Assembly (NCBI GenBank): GCA_963769425.1
Contig: CAVYLP010000004.1
Location: 160,001 to 224,000, forward strand
Length of the DNA: 64,000 nucleotides
Direction of reading: 5' to 3'
From: Candidatus Bathyarchaeota archaeon
Lineage (GTDB): Archaea; Thermoproteota; Bathyarchaeia; TCS64
Part shown: piece by piece, positions 50,674-59,397 of the stretch
Layout: each line of letters opens with the position of its first letter
Numbering within the stretch: the first letter of the stretch is position 1
Program-made: the position numbers and the translations under genes
Notes under the pieces: model-generated
The model's database searches: none
Told to the model about the DNA's origin: nothing
What the model saw: only the letters and a program-made list of their open reading frames with translations

Positions 50674-50720
50674 GATAAGACGTGTCATAATATGACAAAT
50701 GTCATGACGGTGATTGTCAT
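50674..50720. promoter_or_regulatory. divergent promoter with TGTCAT/ATGACA operator-like repeats
   Basis: TGTCAT-AAT-ATGACA (50683-50697), TGTCATGAC (50700-50708), TGTCAT (50715-50720). Confidence 0.55.
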
Positions 50721-50735
50721 ACATCGGGTGGTTTA

Positions 50736-51338
50736 ATGGCTAAACGCAAAACTCTTGGATCAACTCAGGAAAAGATCGTCCTCTATCTTGCTAATAACCC
50801 CGGAAAAACAATGAGCGACATGCAAAAGGACTTTGGCATTCCCAGAAACTCATACAACGTAATTCATAGACCCACTAAGGTACTAGAAGAAATGGGGTAC
50901 GTCACATTTAGTGAGAAACCTTCAGAAAAGGCTCGACCAAAGTATCCCGTTTCTCTAACTGAAAAAGGAGTACTCTACGCCCTATCCAAGACGCCAGAAA
51001 TAAAGAAAATAAAAAAGATCCTAGGCAACTACTCTACGATATACCCCGGTTTTAAGAGATACTTGGAATTATCGCAGGAGTTAGGTGATGAACTTTTCAT
51101 AAAAATATCTCCAAACCTGTTCTATTCCTATTCAATGTATGACACTGCGAAAAGTGAAGATGACAGATTGCAAATTGGTTGGTCATTAGGGGCTATTTTC
51201 GGTTCAGAGATGGACGAAGAGGATCGCGAAAAATTCTTTGATGTTATTTTCAAAATTTACCCTGAGTTTTTACCAGAATTCAATAAGATGGCGGAACAGT
51301 TCATGAAAATGTTCCGGAAATATGGTGCGTCTATTTGA
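50736..51338 (+). CDS. winged helix-turn-helix regulator
   Basis: TQEKIVLYLANNPG..LEEMGYV..SLTEKG (MarR/ArsR-like wing). Confidence 0.78.
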   Translation: MAKRKTLGSTQEKIVLYLANNPGKTMSDMQKDFGIPRNSYNVIHRPTKVLEEMGYVTFSEKPSEKARPKYPVSLTEKGVLYALSKTPEIKKIKKILGNYSTIYPGFKRYLELSQELGDELFIKISPNLFYSYSMYDTAKSEDDRLQIGWSLGAIFGSEMDEEDREKFFDVIFKIYPEFLPEFNKMAEQFMKMFRKYGASI

Positions 51339-52378
51339 CCAAATTGGAAACCAAGCTCGTCCTCGATGGGAATGGATCTCTATCTCGGCATGGAGAAGGG
51401 CTGTTTTGTCCTAAAAGACAAGAATGGCGGGATCAACAGGTATCCCTTATTCGAGCAGGAAATAGACGAGGTTATATTGAAAAGTGGTAACAGTATTTCG
51501 ACGGGGGCTTTAGCTTCATTCGGCTTCTGGGATATCGATGTTATGGTGATGACCTCTCGGGGTCGCCCGGTCGCGATGCTCAGGAGCTTCGATGATGATT
51601 CTCACGTTGAAACTAGAGTAAGTCAGTACAGGGCGAGCCTTGATGAGAGAGCCTTCGAGATTGCAAAGACTCTCGTAATTGCGAAGCTTGAGCCAGAATA
51701 TTCTCCTGAGAAAATATGGTCTTGAGCCTCATGATGAAAAATTCAGGGATCAGGTAGAGAAAAGCGATTCGAAGAATCTAGTCTCGTTGAGGCAGAGGCT
51801 TACAGGGATCGAAGGAAAATACACTCAGAAATATTACTGGGAGATATTCAATCTACTCCCCGAGAAGATCCGACCAGAGAAGAGGGAAGGTTTCATGGCT
51901 TATGATGGAGTTAACAACCTCTTCAATCTGGGCTATGAGGTTCTAGGTTGGAAGGTTCACAAGGCTCTCGTTAAGGCGAAGCTTGAGCCCTATCTCGGTT
52001 TCCTTCATAGTAATCAGATGGGGAAGATGAGTCTCGTCTGTGATTTTCAGGAGATTTACCGATATCTGATTGATGATTTTCTGATCAAATACTGCAAGAG
52101 AATTGGCAGGAAAGACTTCGTCACAAAAATAGAGGTTATAAATAAGCGTAGGAGGGGAAAAAAGAGAGTATCTCAATAACTCGGATACAAAGTCTCTCCT
52201 TGATGAATTGAACGCTTTTTTCGAGTCCATTGTTGAGGTTAAGAGGATCAGAAACGGAGAACATCAGACAATTGAAACACTCATTAATGAAGAATCTTTA
52301 TTATTTGCTAAATATTTAAGAAATGAACGAATAGAATGGAGTCCTCGAAATTGGGTGGAAAATAATGGATCTTTTTAG
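51335..52378 (+). CDS. cas1: Cas1-family integrase (solo), frameshifts near 51380, 51690 and 52165
   Basis: reconstructed protein: YLGMEKGCF, RGRPVA, RVSQY, LTGIEG (E), NNLFNLGY, LEPYLGFLH (H), SLVCDFQE (D/E); TTG start overlaps the wHTH stop. Confidence 0.92.
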
Positions 52379-53275
52379 ACTAAAACTTAAAATTAAGTTT
52401 TTCTTAAAGGAAAGAAAAAACTAATTGCTAAGGTACTCAGTATTGGGTTAATTATATTATTTGGCGCTTTATTTTTTTACCTCGGTTCGAATTCTTTATT
52501 GTACTACTATAATCCACCTATTCATAAAATTAATTCAATGTATCAAGGCTTTTCAGTTGGATATAATTCCACAAGGGATTTTAGACCCAACCAAGTAGAA
52601 ATTATGATAACGCCGAATAATACTCTTAACGAAGTAATGATAACAACTAAATTTTATGTCACTATTAAGAACAATGGTACATATAATATTAAATATTTAC
52701 TACCTTTTCATCTAATTAAATTACCAAATAATAATACTAGAATTATATATAAAAATTATTCTCATGGAGTTATTATAGGGACATCAAGAGAATATCAGAA
52801 CATACCAAAAAGTGAATCAGCAGAAGTAAATGATGTCATCATTTTTTCTTTTTATTCTAATGATACATTTATTAGTGGAGAAAAAGGTAAATATTTATTA
52901 GTTTTACCATTTTCATATCCTGATTATTCGAGTAAGGAAATTAACCTGATAAATGATAAATTTGATATTCCATTTATTATTTCAAACCTAACTAAGACTA
53001 TATCTATTAACTTATCAAATCAATTTATTATTACAAACTCCATTCCTAATTATAATAATGGTCCCAATTATTCTAATTACACATTTAATGTTAAATGGGA
53101 AGCACCGAAACTACAAACTTTTAGTTTATATTTAGATTCGCCAAATGAAATTGAATCTTATAATTATACTTTATTTTTAGGAGGTCTTTATGTCGGCATA
53201 GGAATCCCTTTAACTATTCAAGGAATAATCGAATGGATTAAATTAATTATTGAATCACTAGATAAAAATTCTTGA
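52365..53275 (+). CDS. AT-rich membrane-anchored hypothetical protein
   Basis: N- and C-terminal hydrophobic segments; ATG at 52365 needs frameshift correction. Confidence 0.6.
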
Positions 53276-53354
53276 AATCTTTCATTACCCTTTCTTAAAT
53301 TTTTTAATTTCAAAATTGAAGGTTTTATATTTAGTTTATTACCTTTATCCAATA

Positions 53355-54095
53355 ATGGCGGAAATTGAAAAAGAGCATCAAGCTAGACTGGACAAATTAT
53401 TTAAAAAGAGAGAAAAATTACATGGATATAAGATATTAACAGAGTTAGAATCATTAAATAGGACATATTTTATTGTTGAGCATAATTTTGACGATTTAAT
53501 GGAATATATTAAAAAATGTCAAAACGAGTTAATATTTGAAATATTTGAAAATGGACAAATAGCAAATAATACTAAATTGGAAACTTTACGCCTATTACAC
53601 AATTATTTGTCCAGTATACAATCTTTAATAAATCATATAAGAAAAACTAATAAAAATATTGATAGTAATGAATTAAATGAATATTATGAAGATGAAATGA
53701 TTAAATTTTCCAAAAATAATTTGGTAATTTTTATTAAAAATTTTCGAAATTATATACAACATTTTAAGATACCTTTACTTGCACAACAATTTCATATTTC
53801 TAAATTAGAAAACCAAAAAGTTTTGACAATGGAGGACATAGATGCGAGAAACGCTAAATTTGAATTCAATACATTCTTAAATAAAAAAGAATTATTGAAA
53901 TGGGATAGATGGAATAGACAATCAATAACTTATATAAAAAAATATATAGGAAAAAAAGAACTTAAAACCATTATTTCTGAATATCAAAATATGAATAGTA
54001 AACACTATGAGGATTTTTGTGATAAAGTATATGAAATATATAAAAAAGAAATAGATATAGTATATAATATAAATGTTGAAATTGATAATCTATGA
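53355..54095 (+). CDS. AT-rich helical protein with RxxxxH motif (HEPN-like)
   Basis: RLLHNYLSS..FIKNFRNYIQH. Confidence 0.55.
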   Translation: MAEIEKEHQARLDKLFKKREKLHGYKILTELESLNRTYFIVEHNFDDLMEYIKKCQNELIFEIFENGQIANNTKLETLRLLHNYLSSIQSLINHIRKTNKNIDSNELNEYYEDEMIKFSKNNLVIFIKNFRNYIQHFKIPLLAQQFHISKLENQKVLTMEDIDARNAKFEFNTFLNKKELLKWDRWNRQSITYIKKYIGKKELKTIISEYQNMNSKHYEDFCDKVYEIYKKEIDIVYNINVEIDNL

Positions 54096-54225
54096 TAATT
54101 CATCCCATTATTCTTATTTATTATTATATATGAAAAAAATCAATCAGATTATTTAGTAATGCCCAAATAGAGTTAATTACCTAAAATTACAATGTAGTGT
54201 GTGATATACGTGATACGGTGATTTG

Positions 54226-54425
54226 TGTAGGAGAGTATAAGGGAATAGAAGAGAATAGAGGAGAAAAAGTGAAAGTTAGTTCGTGAGCAGATGAGAGGGG
54301 GTTTGGGGGATAAGACTTTAGCCCCAAATCCAAGTCTTTCTTTCCTCCATTACTACCTAACACTAACTCCCTACTCTCTTACACTCTTCCCCCCGCTCTC
54401 TCTACAACCAGACAGACAAACGAAC
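54226..54425. repeat. boundary motif R2 within a head-to-head purine/pyrimidine inverted structure
   Basis: GATGAGAGGGGGTTTGGGGGATA-AGACTT-TAGCCCCAAATCC (54290-54331), purine-rich left arm, pyrimidine-rich right arm. Confidence 0.85.
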
Positions 54426-54516
54426 GAATAATTTTAAAAAAGGGAGTTGATATGTTCTAAGAATTAAGCAAAGTGGCAAATACTGTGCTAATACGTTATT
54501 GTCGGTAGGACACACA

Positions 54517-56458
54517 ATGACTCACTTTCCAAACCTTTTCAGTACGATGAAATTAGGGCCCTATGTGTTAAAGAATCGGATTGAATCCGCGCCTATGGGA
54601 ATGCATGGCACACCAGAAGGATACCTGACCGCTGAGAATGCAGCATATTATGAGCTCCGGGCGAAAGGCGGGGCAGCCATCGTCACCCTTGGGGAAAGCA
54701 TGGTGGATTCAAAGGGGACATCTCACGGGAGGGTAACCCCGCTGGATGACCCGGGGATCCTGCCCTCCCTGATCAACACAACAGACGCGATTAAAAGACA
54801 TGGTGCCATCGCCTCAATCGAATTACTACACGCAGGAATCCGGTCGGGGACACAGCGGCCAGACGACCCAGTATACGGCCCAAGCGCGGGGACATCCTTC
54901 TACGGCAAACAGATCATCGAGATGGGGGACGCGGAGATCGACCAGGTCGTGAACGCCTTCGGAGACGCGGCCGAGATGGCGAAGATGGGCGGCTTGCAGA
55001 TGTGCATGATCCACGGGGGCCACGGCTGGCTCCTGTCGCAGTGGTTCTCCCTCCTGCACAACCACAGGAAAGACAACTTCGGGGGAAGCATCGAGAACAG
55101 GGCACGCATTGCATTGATGATCATCGAGGATATACGGAAAAAATGCGGTCCGAATTTCCCGATCGAGATCCGACTGAGCGGCGATGAGTTTACGGAGGGC
55201 GGCATGAAGCTAGAGGAAACGGTTGAACTCGCAAAGGTGCTAGATGGTAAAGTCGACCTGATCCACGTATCCGCGGCGACCTTTAATGACCGAACCGCAG
55301 GCCTCAGGATGTTTCCCAGCGTGTTCCTCCCCCGGGGCTGCAACGTGTATCTCGCCGAGGCAATCAAGAAAGCCGTGAAGACTCCAGTGGCCACAGTCGG
55401 GTCATTGAACGATCCCGCCCACATGGAGGAGATCTTGGAGAGCGGAAAGGCGGATGTGATAACCCTGGGAAGGGCGCTTCTGGCAGACCCCTACCTACCG
55501 GAGAAGGCGAGAAAAGGGGACGAGGAAGACATCACGCCTTGCATCCGCTGTAATTACTGCATCAGTCAGAACTTTACTCCCTATGTGAAATACCCAAAAG
55601 GTGTCGCCAGGTGTGTTGTCAACCCGATAATAGGCCGGGAGTATGAGAGCCGGTTTGTCCAAGTGAGCGGCGGAAAGAGGAAGGTGATGGTGGTCGGAGG
55701 CGGACCGGGAGGGATGCAGGCCGCGATCACGGCCGCGGACCGGGGACACGAAGTGATCCTCTGCGAAAAAGGTAAACGACTCGGCGGGACGCTGCTATAC
55801 GCCGAGCATGAATACTTTAAAGAGGACATAAAGAAGCTGACCGAGGTACTGATCAGGCGGGTACAGAAACGGCCGATAAAATTAATGATGGATACGGAAG
55901 CCACGCCTGAGGTCGTTAAAGAAATCTCCCCCGATGTTCTGATAGCCGCAGTGGGAGCCGAGCCAATCATTCCCAACATACCCGGAATAAAGAACAAGAA
56001 TGTGGTTGTCGCTGCGAGCATGTATGATGAAGCACGCCATCGGCAAGAAGGTGGTCGTCATAGGAGGCGGGCTGGTGGGCTGCGAGGAGGGGCTACACCT
56101 CGCCCACCAGGGCAGGGAAGTGACCATCCTGGAGATGCTCGAGAAGGCTGCGCCGGAAGCACCCTACCTGCACTGGCTGGGGCTGATGAAGGAGCTCGAA
56201 AAGAGTGTCCGGCTGGAGACACGCGCAAAGGTTACACGAATAACGGAAGAGGGCGTGTTCGCAGTAAATGAAAAGGGAGAGGAACAGTTCTACGAAGCGG
56301 ACACGGTACTACTGGCGGTCGGGCTTAAGCCGAGAACAGAAATGGTTGAGCCCCTGCGAAACTGCGCACCGGATTTCGTAGTGATAGGAGATTGTCTACG
56401 GCCAGCAACCGCTATGGAAGCGATACATATGGGCTATTTCTCCGCCATGAATGTCTAA
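54517..56458 (+). CDS. NADH:flavin oxidoreductase (OYE-like plus FAD domain), frameshift near 56030
   Basis: LKNRI..APM, RAKGG, HGGHGWLLSQ, CIRCNYC, VVGGGPGG, VIGGGLVGCE, VIGDC. Confidence 0.92.
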
Positions 56459-56558
56459 AATTTCATTTAATCTCTATAAATACAATCGTGATAGGTCTCC
56501 AGTAAACAGACAGACGAATTACAGTTTAGCTTTGTTGTCGGCAACTCGATGTATGCTA

Positions 56559-56993
56559 TTATGGATAGAAGTGCACTATTTTTTTCGGCACGACCCTTAA
56601 CGTGACCTGAGTCTTATCATCGAACTCTGAAATGAAAGATGACTCCCTATGATATTTACCCCACACCCATTGCACATACTTGTTATAACCCTCCTCCGGC
56701 TCAAAGCCAAGCTCTGCCAATCCGTAAACCAATGCACATCTAGATGGAGTATCACCTTCACCAAGTTTTGACCCCTGCATGAGGAATGAGAGGGACACGT
56801 TATTGTTTCGCTTGATGTTCTCTACTCTTTTTGATTTCTTTATGGATACGAAGTAGAAGACATTGTCTTTGTAATTGTACCATATGGGGGCAGCATGGAT
56901 GGTGCCATCCTTATTGTGACTACAGAAAATTGTGGTGTAAGATTCCATAAATAAGCTATGCACGTCCTCTTTGGTCATCTTGTTGGTACTCAT
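56559..56993 (-). CDS. pyridoxamine 5'-phosphate oxidase family protein
   Basis: DGTIHAAPIWY, SKRVENIKRNNNVSL. Confidence 0.8.
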   Translation of the reverse strand: MSTNKMTKEDVHSLFMESYTTIFCSHNKDGTIHAAPIWYNYKDNVFYFVSIKKSKRVENIKRNNNVSLSFLMQGSKLGEGDTPSRCALVYGLAELGFEPEEGYNKYVQWVWGKYHRESSFISEFDDKTQVTLRVVPKKIVHFYP

Positions 56994-57155
56994 GAAAGTT
57001 ATATCCCCATATTGCTGACAGGCGACTCGATAATAAAGCAATACTCAAGAACGCGTCGTTCAAATAACATCTACGTTCTCCAGGTGCAAACATGTGTGTT
57101 TGTCCGGTTATTTCCCTATAGTTCTAGAGAAAATATGAGAGAATAAGATAAGTAA

Positions 57156-57191
57156 ATGAGGTTTGGGTTTGGGGGATACGGTTTTATCCCC
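57156..57191. repeat. boundary motif R3 (right end of island)
   Basis: ATGAGGTTTGGGTTTGGGGGATA-CGGTTT-TATCCCC. Confidence 0.82.
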
Positions 57192-57226
57192 GGCTGTCTT
57201 CTGGTGGCGGTGGCTAGGCGTCTGCT

Positions 57227-58444
57227 GTGTCCGGTCAATCGGGCGAGGCTTCAAGTTACCGGTGGGCTGTACTCGGTATCGCGTGGCTCAGCTACCTAGC
57301 CGTCTACATGGTGCGTGTATCTATTCCTCCACTTTCCCCTTTCATAGTGGAGGAGCTTAGCCTCTCGAAGACGGATGTGGGGCTCCTCGTTTCCGCTGGG
57401 GCTATCGGTTACTCGGTTTTTCAGCTCCCAGCTGGATGGCTCATCGACCGATTCGGCGTGAGAAAGATGCTTGTGACCAGTTGCTTCGCCGCTGGCGCGA
57501 TCATCAGTGCTATGTACTTCGCGAGCAATTTTCCGATAGCCTCCGCAGTCCTATTCCTCGGAGGCTTCGGTTACGGCTGTTTTCCAGCCGTGGCGACGAA
57601 AGCCTTGCTAACATGGTTTCCAGTGAACGAGAGGGGCACAGCGGTTGGCCTACAACAGACGTCAATAAACGCAGCGGGGATAATCACCGCGGTGAGCCTA
57701 CCCATCTTAGCGGAGGCTCTTGGGTGGCGCTTCGGATTCATCGGCGTCGGAGCATTCTCAATGATCGTTGCAGGAGTCGTCTACATCTTCTACAAAGAGC
57801 CACCTGCCGTACAACTAGAGCCGTCGACTCGTAGGAAAACGAGCCTTGCCGACATGAAGGAGGTAATATTCAACAGGAACATATTGCTCGTGAGCGCATC
57901 CTGCATAGGCTTCATGGCGGTCGACTACTCACTGACCACCTATCTAGTGATTTACCTGAAGGAGTCCGTGGGAGTAGCGGTCGCCCTCGCCGGAGTCTTC
58001 CTAGCGCTAACAAACATCGGCGGCCTCATGGGGAAGCTCTTCTTCGGCGTCATGAGTGACCGGTTCTTCGGGGGAAGCAGGAAGAGGCCGTTACTACTCG
58101 CCGGGGGCGTTATGCTCGCTATCTCCATCGCCGTTCAGGCTGTGAGCCCAGCGTCCCCAGGGTGGCTAATTGCCCTAATATTCGGCGTTTTCGGCTTCAG
58201 CGCCATCGGCTGGGGCGGGATGAACCTGATCCTAGTCTCGGAGTCGACGAGGAAGGAGAACGCGGGACTCGCAATGGGTTTCTCGCTGATGATCCTGCTC
58301 ATCGGGAACATCGCTGGTCCACCGATCTTCGGGTACATAGTTGACACGACGGGCTCCTACTCGCCGGCATGGTGGTTCCTGACTGCGTGCAGCATTGGAG
58401 CCGTTGCGCTAATGTCGCTAGTGAAGGAGAAGAAAGAGGGCTAA
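57227..58444 (+). CDS. MFS transporter
   Basis: GWLIDRFGVRK, WFP..ERGTA, 12-TM pattern. Confidence 0.92.
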   Translation: MSGQSGEASSYRWAVLGIAWLSYLAVYMVRVSIPPLSPFIVEELSLSKTDVGLLVSAGAIGYSVFQLPAGWLIDRFGVRKMLVTSCFAAGAIISAMYFASNFPIASAVLFLGGFGYGCFPAVATKALLTWFPVNERGTAVGLQQTSINAAGIITAVSLPILAEALGWRFGFIGVGAFSMIVAGVVYIFYKEPPAVQLEPSTRRKTSLADMKEVIFNRNILLVSASCIGFMAVDYSLTTYLVIYLKESVGVAVALAGVFLALTNIGGLMGKLFFGVMSDRFFGGSRKRPLLLAGGVMLAISIAVQAVSPASPGWLIALIFGVFGFSAIGWGGMNLILVSESTRKENAGLAMGFSLMILLIGNIAGPPIFGYIVDTTGSYSPAWWFLTACSIGAVALMSLVKEKKEG

Positions 58445-58446
58445 GC

Positions 58447-58674
58447 TTAGAACATCGGCTTTCTCTGGTTCCTGTTTACAGGCTTGCTCTCGGATTGATT
58501 TACTGGGAACTTTCTGGGTCCCTTGTTCTTGGCTGTGTCTTCGTGTTTGCCGGCTTGTTGTGGTGGTATGATTGTGCCGCAGAAGACGCAGGTGTGTTCC
58601 TTCCCCGCCTCGGAGGCTGGGATGGGGTTTAGTTTGCTGCACTTGGGGCACCTAAGGTAGGTTATAGTGGACAT
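58447..58674 (-). CDS. small zinc-ribbon protein
   Basis: CPKC ... CVFC. Confidence 0.65.
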   Translation of the reverse strand: MSTITYLRCPKCSKLNPIPASEAGKEHTCVFCGTIIPPQQAGKHEDTAKNKGPRKFPVNQSESKPVNRNQRKPMF

Positions 58675-58710
58675 CGCTTCTAGAATCGTCTCGGTGCGGG
58701 AAATGGGTTT

Positions 58711-59076
58711 CTAGAGGCTTAGTCCCTTCTCCATTATCTCGAGGGTGTGGCCGTCCGGGTCCTTGAAGAAGGCGATGTTGCCCCCGTTCATCTGGACCTT
58801 CCTGAGTTCGAGACCCATGGATTCAAGCTTCTTGACCTTAGCGTTCCAGTCGTCGACGTGCAAAGCGAGGTGGGTCCAGTTCCCGCTCGGGGCTGGGCAT
58901 GGCGAGCCGGGGCGCTGGACGAGTTCAAGTAGCCCTTTTCCCATGTCGAGGACAGCGATCTTCGCCTCGCCTGATGTCCAGCTGGTCTTTTCTTTCCACC
59001 CAAAGATGTTCTTGTAAAAAGCTAGGGACTTCTCAAGATCCTTGACGTATACTCCGCAGTGGTCTAGGTATGACAT
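58711..59076 (-). CDS. VOC family protein
   Basis: LDHCGVYV, HLALHV, FFKDPDGHTLE. Confidence 0.9.
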   Translation of the reverse strand: MSYLDHCGVYVKDLEKSLAFYKNIFGWKEKTSWTSGEAKIAVLDMGKGLLELVQRPGSPCPAPSGNWTHLALHVDDWNAKVKKLESMGLELRKVQMNGGNIAFFKDPDGHTLEIMEKGLSL

Positions 59077-59118
59077 GGGGATGGATACGGGGTGTTGGGT
59101 AGATGAGGTTTTCTTGTC

Positions 59119-59262
59119 TCAGCGGCACAGACGTAAGAGCATTCCCTGCCTCCAATACCTGAGGAGACCAGCTTGTTTGTAGTTCTGGAAATAGGGGCAC
59201 TTCTCAACCTTCTCGCACTGGTAGCACGCATTCCTCTTCTCGTTTTCCCTTGGAGGATCCAT
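59119..59262 (-). CDS. possible 47-aa Cys-rich microprotein
   Basis: manual translation MDPPRENEKRNACYQCEKVEKCPYF..LCR. Confidence 0.35.
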   Translation of the reverse strand: MDPPRENEKRNACYQCEKVEKCPYFQNYKQAGLLRYWRQGMLLRLCR

Positions 59263-59397
59263 CGTTATGGGTGTCCCGCATGCTACAATGGATATAAATC
59301 GAATTCAGCTTCCGAAAGCAGAGGAGACCGAATGTGTCTCCAAAAAGAAATAAGGAATAAGTAGAAAAAATCCGGCTTTGCATTACAACTTGAGCCT

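Larger units (their letters stand above)
46398..57191. mobile_element. cas1-solo-associated island of tandem units
   Basis: cas1 plus cas1 relic, three terminal-like palindromic motifs, abrupt AT-rich cargo; left boundary approximate. Confidence 0.7.

Noticed and set aside
51335-52378. Programmed frameshifting in cas1 or other split genes
   Set aside because: The shifts lack a consistent slippery motif and also occur in unrelated housekeeping genes.
46398-57191. Canonical casposon
   Set aside because: No family B DNA polymerase, and I could not identify a matching left TIR or target-site duplication at the island's left edge.
46300-57200. CRISPR array or CRISPR-Cas operon around cas1
   Set aside because: No regularly spaced 25-40-bp repeats with similar-length spacers, and no other cas genes were recognised.
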